This document shows, one piece after another, positions 1 through 9,387 of a stretch of DNA of 64,000 nucleotides. Numbering within the stretch: position 1 is the stretch's first letter; each line of letters opens with the position of its first letter. This DNA is from an uncultured Nitrospiraceae bacterium. GTDB taxonomy: Bacteria > Nitrospirota > Thermodesulfovibrionia > Thermodesulfovibrionales > UBA6898. Under the pieces are notes generated by a model. That model did not search any database and was not told the DNA's origin. It worked only from the letters and a program-made list of their open reading frames with translations. Position numbers and translations under genes: made by a program. Location: assembly GCA_963811165.1 (NCBI GenBank), contig CAWEQH010000009.1:32001-96000 (forward strand), read 5' to 3'.

Positions 1-2
1 CG

Positions 3-410
3 CTTTCCGACCACAGGCTGATTGCGGTCTGCTTTTTCTTTTTCATGTGGCAGGCACCGCATTTCTGGCTTCTCCTGATGGAGCGCGGGGAGGAATATAA
101 GAGGGCGGGTCTTCCGTCGGCGACGGAGTTGTTCAGCAAGTCCCAGTTGCGCAGAATAATATTTATCTGGATAAGCGCTGCAGCGGTAAGCGCCCTTTTC
201 ATCCCGATGGGGGGAGTCGTTGAAAATCACGGCATAGGCCTTTTCCTTCCAGGCGCTTCATTGTGGCTCGTCTATAACGGCGTCCGGGTACTAAGGGGAG
301 GGGAAAGCGATGCCGGCTGCATCCTCGCCTTCAGAAAAATAAATGTCTTTGTCCTTGTTGTAATGCTCCTTTTGTCCCTGGATACGCTTGTCCGGGGCTT
401 TCTCCTCTAA
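3..410 (+). CDS. ctaB: UbiA-family prenyltransferase, heme o synthase-like (5' truncated by window edge)
   Basis: Frame open from position 3; motif FFMWQAPHFWLL...EEYKRAGLP typical of CtaB/CyoE; hydrophobic C-terminus. Confidence 0.75.
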   Translation, partial: LSDHRLIAVCFFFFMWQAPHFWLLLMERGEEYKRAGLPSATELFSKSQLRRIIFIWISAAAVSALFIPMGGVVENHGIGLFLPGASLWLVYNGVRVLRGGESDAGCILAFRKINVFVLVVMLLLSLDTLVRGFLL

Positions 411-472
411 GGCTCTGGGACCGTTAACGGCAACGGAAAGATATAAATGAGAGTAAGGCGGAATAAAAGCAG

Positions 473-2218
473 CTATTGCCTTGGCAGGGTAATACTGAAA
501 GTGCTTCCCTTTCCCGGGGAACTTTTTGCCCAGATTTGGCCCCCGTGTGCCTCAACGATTGTCCTGGCAATGGACAAACCGAGGCCTGATCCCATTGCCT
601 CGCGGGTCGCCCTGTAGAACGCATCGAAGATATGAGGGAGCTGATCATTGGCTATGCCTATGCCGGTGTCCCTGACCTCTACTAAAACGTCTTTGTCCAT
701 ATTCATGACCCTTACGTCTATCGTTCCTTCGATAGTATACTTGACGGCATTATCAAGAAGGTTTGCGATGACCCTGTGTATCATCGCCCCGTCCGCCTGT
801 ATAACGGGGAAGGGCCTCTCCGAAAAATTATATGTTATTTTGATCTGTTTCTGGTCGGCTTCCCCCTTTGCGCTTTCTATTTGTTTGAGCAGCGCGGCCC
901 CCAGGTCGAATGGACCGAACTGCGGCATATATTCTTCCGTTTCAAACCGCGAAAACTCGATGAAGGTGGTGAGTAAATGCTCAGCCGTCGTTAACCTGTC
1001 CCTCACTAATTCAAGGTCGGCCTTCGCGTCCTTGGCCTTGCCCGATAGGGTCCTCGTCAGGAAACCTACGGAAGGGATGATGGCATTTTTTATGTCGTGG
1101 GCGAACATCGAGAGGATGTTCTTGCGCTCCCTGCCGAGTTTCCCGATCTCCGTCAATCTGTTTTCCAGTGCCGTGATCAACTTTTGACGTTCGACAGAAT
1201 AACGGATCGACTTCAGCAGGGACTCGCTTTCGACGCGCCCTTTGACAAGATAGTCCTGCGCCCCGCTGCGCACCGCCTTTACCGCGAGTTCTTCATCGTG
1301 AAGCCCTGTCAGTACAATTATGGGCATGTCGGGATAGATCGTATGGATCCTGATAAATGTCTCCAGGCCCTGACTGTCGGGCAGTCCGAGGTCGGAGAGT
1401 ACTACGTCGAACTTGTCCTTTGCCAGATGCTCGACACCGGAAGACAACCGGCCGGCATAGGTAACATTCACGCGGCTATCGGTCTCCGATAACAGCGCGC
1501 GGATGTAATCGGCGTCGCCCGGGTCGTCCTCCAGCAATAAGACTTTTATAGAGCCATAATCCGTCGGCGCGCCCTCAGTAATTATTCCCGCGTCCTTCTT
1601 CAAGCTGTCATCTTTAAGTATCTTTTCATGGAGTTCGGGGTTGACTTTCTTCATGCACCGAGGACAGATGCCGTGGGTAAAAGAGGCGTCGGTATGTTCC
1701 TCGATATATTTTTCGACCCTTAGCCAGTACCCTTTGTCGTCACGGATATTCCTGCACCATGCGCACATGGGGATTAAACCCCTCAGCGTCTTGATTTCCT
1801 TGAGGTTTTTTTCAAGTTGAGCGATCATTTTTTGCCGTTCTATCGCGTACCGCATGGAACGGATGAGCAGGTCGCCCTCGACCCTCCCTTTGACGAGATA
1901 GTCCTGTGCGCCTCCCTGCACCGCTTTTATCGCCAGGTCTTCGTCGCTCATCCCCGTAAGCACGATTATGGGGGTATCGGAATAGCGGGTATGGAGCCTC
2001 AGAAATGTCTCTATGCCGTTACTGTCGGGCAGTCCCAGGTCGGACACGACGATATCAAACCGCTCCGACGAGAGATTGTCAAATGCAGAAGACAATCTGT
2101 CCGAATGCCGGATGTCGACGGAAATACCTTTCGTGTCCCTCAATATCTCGCGGAACAGATAGGCATGGTCCGGATCGTCCTCTATCAATAATACCTTTAT
2201 ATGTTCTTTTTTTTTCAT
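473..2218 (-). CDS. Hybrid signalling protein: REC + Cys4 domain + REC + HisKA + HATPase
   Basis: Two receiver domains (LLIEDD...SDLGLPD...GAQDYLVK), CAWC...HGICPRC module, H-box FAHDIKN, N-box NLLDNAVKY, G boxes DTGIGI and GSGLGL. Confidence 0.9.
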   Translation of the reverse strand: MKKKEHIKVLLIEDDPDHAYLFREILRDTKGISVDIRHSDRLSSAFDNLSSERFDIVVSDLGLPDSNGIETFLRLHTRYSDTPIIVLTGMSDEDLAIKAVQGGAQDYLVKGRVEGDLLIRSMRYAIERQKMIAQLEKNLKEIKTLRGLIPMCAWCRNIRDDKGYWLRVEKYIEEHTDASFTHGICPRCMKKVNPELHEKILKDDSLKKDAGIITEGAPTDYGSIKVLLLEDDPGDADYIRALLSETDSRVNVTYAGRLSSGVEHLAKDKFDVVLSDLGLPDSQGLETFIRIHTIYPDMPIIVLTGLHDEELAVKAVRSGAQDYLVKGRVESESLLKSIRYSVERQKLITALENRLTEIGKLGRERKNILSMFAHDIKNAIIPSVGFLTRTLSGKAKDAKADLELVRDRLTTAEHLLTTFIEFSRFETEEYMPQFGPFDLGAALLKQIESAKGEADQKQIKITYNFSERPFPVIQADGAMIHRVIANLLDNAVKYTIEGTIDVRVMNMDKDVLVEVRDTGIGIANDQLPHIFDAFYRATREAMGSGLGLSIARTIVEAHGGQIWAKSSPGKGSTFSITLPRQ

Positions 2219-2243
2219 CTGCCGCTATCTCCTTCTTGTCAAA

Positions 2244-2283
2244 AAAAGTCCCCATCCCATTGTTTCACATGTCGGGGACTTTT
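2244..2283 (-). terminator. Possible intrinsic terminator between the two kinase genes
   Basis: aaaagtcccc...ggggactttt inverted repeat, T-run on minus strand; loop is long (20 nt). Confidence 0.35.
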
Positions 2284-2307
2284 ACAACGGCATCTCCTGA
2301 TCTCTAT

Positions 2308-4059
2308 TCACTCAACGGTCTGTCTTTCGGGAATGGTGAAATAAAAAGTGGAACCTTTTCCCGTCTCCGATTCCGCCCAGATACGTCCGCCGTGTCTTTC
2401 AACGATCTTTTTACAGACGGCGAGTCCGATGCCGGTCCCGGGATATTCCTCCTGCGTATGGAGTCTCTGGAACATGACAAAAATGCGGTCAAAAAACTCC
2501 TCCGCTACCCCTATCCCGTTATCGCTTACCGAAAACAGCCATCCATCGTCTCCGCGTTTGGCAGAGATATGGATGCGCGGTTGTATGTTACGGCAGAACT
2601 TGACGGCGTTTTCGATAAGGTTCTGAAAGACCTGGCCCAATTGCGCTTCGTCCGCCATTACTGTGGGCAATGCATCATAGGTCACGACGGCGCCGCAGCT
2701 TTTTATGGGTTTATCCAAATCCGCAAGGACGCGGTCAAGGACCTTATTGCAATCGGTCCTGAGAAACGGTTTTCCCCTCGTTCCCAGACGGGAATATGCG
2801 AGCAGGTCATTAATCAGTGCCTGCATCCTTTTCGCCCCATCCACGACATAGTGCAGGTATTTCTTTGCTTCCTGGTCCAAGCCGTCTTTGTAACGCTCTT
2901 CCAGAAGCTGGATAAAGCTCGTAATCCTGCGCAGGGGCGCCTGCAGGTCATGGGAGGCGACGTAGGCAAACTGTTCCAGTTCCTTATTTGATCGCTCGAG
3001 CTCAGCCATCGTATCGGCAAGTTTTCGTCCCGTGCGAAGATGTTCGTTGAGTTCGGTCCCGAGCTTCTCCTTCATCTCTCTTTCATAGATCTCCTTTTCC
3101 CGAAGCTCGAGGGAGAGTCTGTGGCTCGAAAAAAGGAGCCCCGCACCTTTATAAGCGGCAAGCCCTCCGAGGACGAGAAACGCGGCGGCCAAAATAACAA
3201 GACCCAGTGCGATCTCCCTGGCGCGCTGAAACACCTCCTTAGCCGGTCTTTGCATCACCAGTCCCCAACCCCATTTCATGGGTCGAAATGTTGAGATGAT
3301 CGGCTCATTATGCACCGGGTCCAAGCCCTCTTGGGTCCCTGTAAGGCCCCTCTTTACTTTATCGACCGCCGGTATCTTTGAAAAATCAACTATCCTGTCG
3401 AGACGGTAGTCGGGATGATAAATAAGGTTGCCGTGCCTGTCGACGGCGTATATAAAACTCCTTCCTACATGCATCGGACTCAACACGTTTTTCAAATAGT
3501 CCTCCTTAGGCTGGAGCACGAGCACCCCCGCGACTTTCCCCGATTGATCCTTGATCGGTACGGCGATCACAAAGAGATATCGCCTGGGAAAAGCTTCCCT
3601 CAGGAAAAAATCAGACACGTAGGGTACCAATTTTTTCGAGACCCCCCGATACCAGCCCCGGGAGGAGAAGTCTATGCCTATCGCATCCGGGTTCTCCGGG
3701 TATTGGGCAAACATGGCCCCTTTCGGGAGTGTGACGGCGGCCCTTTCGATAGTCGTAAGGTTTTCGAGAAGGCCCCTAAGATGTACACCAACAGAATTCC
3801 GGTCGCCTTTTTCCAAGGCCTTTATAAGCTCCGGTCTCGCGGCAAAGATCGTACCACTCGATATGTCATCATCAATTTTCTCTTCGACGTGATACACTGC
3901 GAGATTGAAAAAAGCCTGGTTCTCTTCAACCGCGATCTGTTTAAATTGCGAGATGACCTGCAGATAGACGTAAATGGTGAGGCAGACAAGAGGGAATGCA
4001 ACCGTGAGAAAGCCTGCAAGAAGTATCCGCCATCTCTTTTCGAGAAGCCATTGTTTCAA
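2308..4059 (-). CDS. Membrane sensor histidine kinase with dCache-type periplasmic domain
   Basis: Two TM segments flanking DFSSRGWY...PYVSD Cache-like region; ELEQFAYVASHDLQAPLR H-box; NLIENAVKF; GTGIGLAVCKKIVERHGG. Confidence 0.9.
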   Translation of the reverse strand: MKQWLLEKRWRILLAGFLTVAFPLVCLTIYVYLQVISQFKQIAVEENQAFFNLAVYHVEEKIDDDISSGTIFAARPELIKALEKGDRNSVGVHLRGLLENLTTIERAAVTLPKGAMFAQYPENPDAIGIDFSSRGWYRGVSKKLVPYVSDFFLREAFPRRYLFVIAVPIKDQSGKVAGVLVLQPKEDYLKNVLSPMHVGRSFIYAVDRHGNLIYHPDYRLDRIVDFSKIPAVDKVKRGLTGTQEGLDPVHNEPIISTFRPMKWGWGLVMQRPAKEVFQRAREIALGLVILAAAFLVLGGLAAYKGAGLLFSSHRLSLELREKEIYEREMKEKLGTELNEHLRTGRKLADTMAELERSNKELEQFAYVASHDLQAPLRRITSFIQLLEERYKDGLDQEAKKYLHYVVDGAKRMQALINDLLAYSRLGTRGKPFLRTDCNKVLDRVLADLDKPIKSCGAVVTYDALPTVMADEAQLGQVFQNLIENAVKFCRNIQPRIHISAKRGDDGWLFSVSDNGIGVAEEFFDRIFVMFQRLHTQEEYPGTGIGLAVCKKIVERHGGRIWAESETGKGSTFYFTIPERQTVE

Positions 4060-4143
4060 CTTATTTCCCCTGTCTCATTATAGTACGATATTATCGCTAT
4101 TACGGTAAAATACATTTGGAACTGTCGATAATTGAAACGAGTG

Positions 4144-4440
4144 ATGAAAGAAGCCGGCGGACAAAATGACGATATGCCGGTCGAGCTCCCCATAGAGGGG
4201 GTGCTGGACCTGCATACCTTTAATCCCCGCGAAGTAAGGGAGCTGCTTCCCGATTACATCGCCGCCTGCAAGGAGAAGGGCATATTCGAGATGCGCATAA
4301 TCCACGGCAAGGGGACAGGGGCCCTGAGGGAGACAGTCCATTCTATACTCCGCAGACTGCCGGGGATTGTTTCGTTCAGGCAGGCCGGGGAAGACGCGGG
4401 GGGATGGGGCGCGACACTGGTCGTGCTCGAACGGGATTAA
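4144..4440 (+). CDS. Stand-alone Smr/MutS2-domain protein
   Basis: LDLHTF, IIHGKGTGALR, GGWGATLV motifs. Confidence 0.9.
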   Translation: MKEAGGQNDDMPVELPIEGVLDLHTFNPREVRELLPDYIAACKEKGIFEMRIIHGKGTGALRETVHSILRRLPGIVSFRQAGEDAGGWGATLVVLERD

Positions 4441-4488
4441 ACAGTTGGAAAGGGCACACTCGCTTCCTGATTTCGGCATTTACGATTA

Positions 4489-4629
4489 GGACAAGGCAGG
4501 CATAGTATTGTCGCTCATTCTCGGCCCCGATAAATCGGTGCCTCCGAGGCTTTTTCCTCTTTATATCAGAAAACTTTTGTGAGGAATATCGGCAAAAGAA
4601 ACCGCTCCGATACCATACCTGCCTTGTCC
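4489..4629. repeat. Structured dispersed repeat, copy A
   Basis: Terminal stem ggacaaggcagg/cctgccttgtcc enclosing cgctcattctcgg...ctccgaggc...aatat...gaaaccgctc. Confidence 0.85.
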
Positions 4630-4684
4630 CCCATTGGTCAGATCTAAACCAAGCTGTTGGAAAGGCCCAATTGCACCATCAACT

Positions 4685-4810
4685 ATGCATGAGGACAGCA
4701 TGCGAGCGGCTTCAGCGGCGCGTATTGCATCACCTTTCAGGTGATGCGCGACGGTGCCTCGGAGGTCGCTGCAGCGATCGAGAATGAGCGCGCGTGCTGT
4801 CCCCATGCAT
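4685..4810. repeat. Structured dispersed repeat, copy B (inverted relative to A)
   Basis: atgcatgaggacagca/tgctgtccccatgcat stem; core reads gagcggcttc...gtatt...gcctcggag...cgagaatgagc on +. Confidence 0.9.
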
Positions 4811-4862
4811 CAGTTCCTTATGCTGATTAAATAAGTCCGCCCCATGATTTAGGAGGTTAAGG

Positions 4863-5687
4863 CTATCGAGGCAGCGAAAACTCGACTTCCTGATTGCTGA
4901 CAGGACACGTGAATTTGAGCGATACGGCGGTCAGCTTCAGCCCTTCCGTATTCTTGTTCCCCTTTCCGTATTTCGGGTCCCCCATTACCGGATGTCCTAT
5001 CATTTCAAAATGCCTCCGGATCTGGTGCAGCCGCCCGGTCCGGATAATGATATCGACGACCGATGTATCTCTCACAGGGTCGTATGACAGGACCTGATAT
5101 TCCGTCAGTGCAGACTTGCCGTCGAGAGGAACCGCTATAGTGCCTCTCAGGTGATTTTTTCCAAAATCGCCGAGGACTTCGGCACGATATCTTTTTGTGA
5201 TCAGATTTCCTTGGAATATCTCGGAAAGTCTTGCAGCGGCCCGCCTGTTATGGGCTATAAGCATAATGCCGGACGCCTCCCGGTCGAGGCGATGGACGAG
5301 AAATACCTCTCTTTTCGGTTTGAAGAAGAGCTCCGCATGTCTCATAAGGGAACAATGATCGCCATACAGGGTACCCTGCGCCGTCATCCCCGGAGGCTTA
5401 TCCCATACACTATAATCTCCCCGGTCGCTTAGGCAGTCGGCAGAAGGAGATTTCAACGAAAGTATTTTTTCATCATAATGCAGTTCAATATGGTCTCCTT
5501 TTTTGAGGCCTGTGGTCGCCCTCCTCAGCCTGTTCATTCCGCCTTTCTTCCTTTTCAGCCAGACGGCACCCTTATTCATCGCATCCTTCACTTTACTTTT
5601 GGAGAGGCCGGATTTCGAAACAAGTAAGTCGGAGGCCGTTGCGTGCATATCCGAATCGAGGTCTATCTTTAGGTCTATTGTATTCAC
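4863..5687 (-). CDS. RluA-family RNA pseudouridine synthase
   Basis: DKPPG, HRLDREASG, TGRLHQIRRH, GHPVMGDPKYG. Confidence 0.93.
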   Translation of the reverse strand: MNTIDLKIDLDSDMHATASDLLVSKSGLSKSKVKDAMNKGAVWLKRKKGGMNRLRRATTGLKKGDHIELHYDEKILSLKSPSADCLSDRGDYSVWDKPPGMTAQGTLYGDHCSLMRHAELFFKPKREVFLVHRLDREASGIMLIAHNRRAAARLSEIFQGNLITKRYRAEVLGDFGKNHLRGTIAVPLDGKSALTEYQVLSYDPVRDTSVVDIIIRTGRLHQIRRHFEMIGHPVMGDPKYGKGNKNTEGLKLTAVSLKFTCPVSNQEVEFSLPR

Positions 5688-5855
5688 CGTTTAGTTTACC
5701 ATCATTAGGGGTTTTACCGGCCATTGAAGTCAAATCCGATTTGTGTTAGCATCTTTTATGTCCGGTCGATATCGTAATTAGCCGGACCGAAATACCGGAC
5801 TTGGATCAGAGGGAGAATCAGGGCCTGGACATTTCAAAGGAGGAGGAGATAATCT

Positions 5856-7070
5856 GTGGCTGAAGTCTATCACGCGCTGGGTCTTACCATGCATCAGCCG
5901 CTTGGAAACCTCCTGGAACTTCATAACTCCGGTGAATCCTGGGAGGCCAGTCAGATACTGTGGTGCTACGACAGGCCTACGCGGATGCTCGAAGGATATG
6001 AGGACGTGGCGCGGCTGCATATGAGTTTCTCGGGAACACTCCTGAAACAGCTCGAAGACCCTGCTGTCAGAGAGGCCTTTCACGATGTGGTAAACATACA
6101 CGATTTTATCGACCGCTACAAGCGGTCGAACATCGAGTTTACAGGCACCGGACTCTACCATCCCGTCTATCCCCTGACCCCCCCTTCGGACTGGGACGCC
6201 CACACATCCTGGTGGTTGGGGCTCGGACGTCATCTCCTTGGAAGGGAGCAATTCCAGGGGTTCTGGCCGCCTGAAATGGGTTTCTGCATGGAGATGATCC
6301 CGATGCTTAGGCGCCACGGATATCGCTATGTTGTTGTGGACTCTTGGTACATAAAACCGAAGCGGAAGATGAGATGGGAAGAGCTTCGGTACAGGCCGTA
6401 TATCGCACGCTATGAGGGAGAAGAGATTATTGTCGTGCCGCGGGACCGGGAACTCTCGGACGCCCAGGAATCGGGGCTGGATCCCGGATGGTTTCAGCAT
6501 GAAATATATGAAAGGACGAAGTGGTGCGACTTTCCGGCGCTCGTCACCACCTGGACAGACGGTGAAAACGGAGGCTGGTTCCGGACAACCCAGACGGAAA
6601 GCGGGTTCTGGGGCCACTTTTACCATGCCATCCTCAACAGGTACCGCGAAGGCACCCTCGGGTTTACGCCGATCCATATCAGCGAGTACCTCGACAAGTA
6701 CCCTCCGGAAGAAGAAGTGGAGGTGCATCGCGGTGCGTGGAACACGGGACACCACTGGGGCGGTGATTTCACGCAGTGGACAGGCTCACTCTTACAGAAA
6801 AGGGGCTGGGACGAGATACGTAATGCAAGCGCCTATTATCAGGCGGTGAAGAAACGCTTTGATAAATACAAGGGGAAGGCGTCTGACCCCGAGGAAGTCG
6901 GTCAGCTTATCGTAGAGGCATATGACCATATTCTTACCGCAGAGACCAGCTGTAATTTCTACTGGGGAAGCAGCTGGGTGCACCGTTCCTTCGATGGTCT
7001 TGAACAGGCATATTATCTTCTCGATACTGCTATGGGCCTGCTTAAGGGAAAAAAGGGCCGGAATGATTAA
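5856..7070 (+). CDS. Glycoside hydrolase family 57 protein
   Basis: HQP at N-terminus, SFSGTLL, FWPPEMG (nucleophile), TDGEN (acid/base), AETSCNFYW; strong RBS ggaggaggag. Confidence 0.85.
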   Translation: MAEVYHALGLTMHQPLGNLLELHNSGESWEASQILWCYDRPTRMLEGYEDVARLHMSFSGTLLKQLEDPAVREAFHDVVNIHDFIDRYKRSNIEFTGTGLYHPVYPLTPPSDWDAHTSWWLGLGRHLLGREQFQGFWPPEMGFCMEMIPMLRRHGYRYVVVDSWYIKPKRKMRWEELRYRPYIARYEGEEIIVVPRDRELSDAQESGLDPGWFQHEIYERTKWCDFPALVTTWTDGENGGWFRTTQTESGFWGHFYHAILNRYREGTLGFTPIHISEYLDKYPPEEEVEVHRGAWNTGHHWGGDFTQWTGSLLQKRGWDEIRNASAYYQAVKKRFDKYKGKASDPEEVGQLIVEAYDHILTAETSCNFYWGSSWVHRSFDGLEQAYYLLDTAMGLLKGKKGRND

Positions 7071-7163
7071 AAGAGTGACGACCGTGACCCTTCCAAGAAG
7101 ACCGGCCCATCGGTTATAATTTGGTAATCATCATTTTACTTTTATGATAGGAGGCCATGAGTT

Positions 7164-7955
7164 ATGAACCTTAAGCCGCTTCAAGACTGGGCCGTAATCA
7201 GAAGGTCCGAAGCCGACGAGAAGACCGCCGGCGGCATTATCATACCGGATACAGCGAAGGAGAAGCCCCTCGAAGGGGTGATTGTCGCGATCGGCCCGGG
7301 CAGATATAAGCTGGAAAAAGGGAAGGAAAAAGAGAAAAAGAAGAAGTTCTTCCCCACTGTTCTTAAACCGGGGCAGAAAGTCATTTACCAAAAATATGCC
7401 GAACGGGAAGTGGAACTGGGCAGCGAGGTTATCACTCTCGTCAGGGAAGAAGACATCCTCGGAACGGTAGAAGATTACGCTGTCGCCAATAGAAAGACGC
7501 ATGCCATAGAGGAGAAAAGGGAAGGGCCGGTAGCAATAAGGGAAAAGGCCCATGTCCCGGCGGTCACTCCCGCCAGGGTGTCCGGGAAAAAACCTTCCAC
7601 CGTCGAGAAAAAAACTCCGGAAAAGAAGCCGGCGGCAGTGAAGGGTAGCGCGTCTAAGAAAGCTGCGGCGAAACAGCCTGCGGAAAAGGCAACGAAAAAA
7701 ATCGTCGCGGAAAAGACGCAAAAGAAGGCACCAAAAAAGACATTACCTGTAAAGAAAAAGGCCGCTCCTCCGGCCATGAAATCCGTAGCCGGAAAGAAGG
7801 CGAAGGAAAAGGTCGTTGCCGGGAAACCGGCTGTAAAAAAGGCGGCCCAGCGTAAAACGACGAAGCCAGCGGCAAAGAAATCCGCAGTAAAAAAGATCGC
7901 TGTGAAAAAGATTGTGAAAAAGACATTGGCGAAGACCAAAGGCAAGAAGAAATAG
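7164..7955 (+). CDS. groES: GroES/Cpn10 domain fused to a long Lys/Ala/Pro-rich tail
   Basis: MNLKPLQD...EKTAGGIIIPDTAKEKP...VAIGPG...REEDILG, then ~150 aa KK/AAKK-rich low complexity; RBS aggagg. Confidence 0.85.
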   Translation: MNLKPLQDWAVIRRSEADEKTAGGIIIPDTAKEKPLEGVIVAIGPGRYKLEKGKEKEKKKKFFPTVLKPGQKVIYQKYAEREVELGSEVITLVREEDILGTVEDYAVANRKTHAIEEKREGPVAIREKAHVPAVTPARVSGKKPSTVEKKTPEKKPAAVKGSASKKAAAKQPAEKATKKIVAEKTQKKAPKKTLPVKKKAAPPAMKSVAGKKAKEKVVAGKPAVKKAAQRKTTKPAAKKSAVKKIAVKKIVKKTLAKTKGKKK

Positions 7956-7967
7956 AATCTGACTTCC

Positions 7968-7996
7968 GGGGGCTTGGAAAAGCCCCCTTTGTTTTT
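7968..7996 (+). terminator. Intrinsic terminator
   Basis: gggggctt-ggaa-aagccccc followed by tttgttttt. Confidence 0.75.
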
Positions 7997-8151
7997 ACCT
8001 CCTATGAAAGTTTTCTGTCGGAGTTTACCGCCCCCCGTTCTCTCTTTCGGCGCCTTCAACGTTTTGGTAATTTTTAAAAAGGCCGTTGCTTACATAAGAC
8101 GCTCTGCGAGTTGTAGACAGGGCACGAAAAGAATATCATCGCAATCAGGGT

Positions 8152-9339
8152 CTATTCGGTCTGCGTTCTCTCTTCGGGAGGCTGGTAAGTACATCCCATT
8201 TTTCCGCAGTAATGGCCGACGTATTCCGACTCGGGCCTGTAGAGGGCGGGTTTTTCCTGCGCCTCTGAGAACTTCTCCTCGATAATATGTGCGCACCAGC
8301 CGGCTATCCGGGAGACAGCAAAGAGCGGGGTCATGAGATCCACCGGTACGCCCATCATATGATATACAGAGGCGCTGTAAAAATCGCAATTAGGCTTTAT
8401 CGTCTTTTTTCCCCTTCTGTCGAATTCTTCGAGGGCGGCCTGCTCGACCTGGATCGACAGGTCATACCATTTCTTTTGCCCCAGTTTCTCCCCTAGTCTG
8501 CGCGACATCTCTCGAAGAATCGCGGCCCTGGGGTCCATCGTCTTATAGACCGCGTGTCCCATCCCCATGATTTTCCTGCCCTGATCGATCTCCTTCCTCA
8601 CCCACCCGGCGATGTCCTTTTCCTGTTCCAGTTCCATAAGCATCCTCATGACCCGCGCGTTGGCGCCGCCGTGCAGGCTTCCCGAAAGTGCCCCCACTCC
8701 GGCCGCCACTCCGGCATACATATGGGCCCTCGTCGACACCACCTCGCGGCAGGCAAAGGTCGATGCGTTAAAGGTATGGTCGGCGTGGAGGATAAGGCAG
8801 ACATCGAGGTCCCGGGCGATTTCGGGATCAGGCTTTCTTCCGTGCAGCTGCCACAGAAAGTTGCCTGCATGCGAAAGACCCTTGTCGGCAGGAAGCGGCT
8901 CAAGACCGTTTCTGATGCGGTGCCAGGCAGCGATGAGGACAGGGATTCTTGCGATTAATCTGATCGCCTTTCTTAAGTTCCCCTCCCGTGTCTCATCCGG
9001 CAGTTCAGGGTCGGCAATGGCAAGAAGGGGCACGGACGCCTGAAGCACGTCCATCGGGAGCGACTGTTTCGGCCATCTTCTGAATGAATCATAGATAAAA
9101 TCCGGTATCTCTCGTGACTCCTCTATCTGCCCGGTGAAAGATTTGAGCCGATCTTTATCCGGAAGCCCGTCATTGAGAAGCAGCCAGACAGTATCGGGAA
9201 AGGTGGACTTTTCTGCAAGGTCCTCTATCCGGTACCCGCGGTAGATAAGGACGCCTTGTTCTCCATCGATGAAACTGATCTTCGTATCGGCCACAGCGAC
9301 CCCGCGGAGGCCGGTATTTTTTATGCGGACTGTTTCCAT
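8152..9339 (-). CDS. gltA: Citrate synthase (or 2-methylcitrate synthase)
   Basis: GLRGV, LIYRGY, LHADHTFNASTF, GSLHGGAN, GMGHAVYK..DPR, PNCDFYS. Confidence 0.9.
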   Translation of the reverse strand: METVRIKNTGLRGVAVADTKISFIDGEQGVLIYRGYRIEDLAEKSTFPDTVWLLLNDGLPDKDRLKSFTGQIEESREIPDFIYDSFRRWPKQSLPMDVLQASVPLLAIADPELPDETREGNLRKAIRLIARIPVLIAAWHRIRNGLEPLPADKGLSHAGNFLWQLHGRKPDPEIARDLDVCLILHADHTFNASTFACREVVSTRAHMYAGVAAGVGALSGSLHGGANARVMRMLMELEQEKDIAGWVRKEIDQGRKIMGMGHAVYKTMDPRAAILREMSRRLGEKLGQKKWYDLSIQVEQAALEEFDRRGKKTIKPNCDFYSASVYHMMGVPVDLMTPLFAVSRIAGWCAHIIEEKFSEAQEKPALYRPESEYVGHYCGKMGCTYQPPEERTQTE

Positions 9340-9387
9340 TATTGTCGCTCCTTTTCCTTTATACCGGACATAATTCTCTGGGTTACG

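Noticed and set aside
2005..2991. 328-aa + strand ORF and other long antisense ORFs (5778-6755, 23508-24428, 28047-29240, 43334-44428)
   Set aside because: Shadows of well-supported genes on the opposite strand
4489..4810. Copies A and B as a CRISPR array or known self-cleaving ribozyme
   Set aside because: No repeat-spacer periodicity, no cas genes, and no CUGANGA or twister-sister UGCAAG loop
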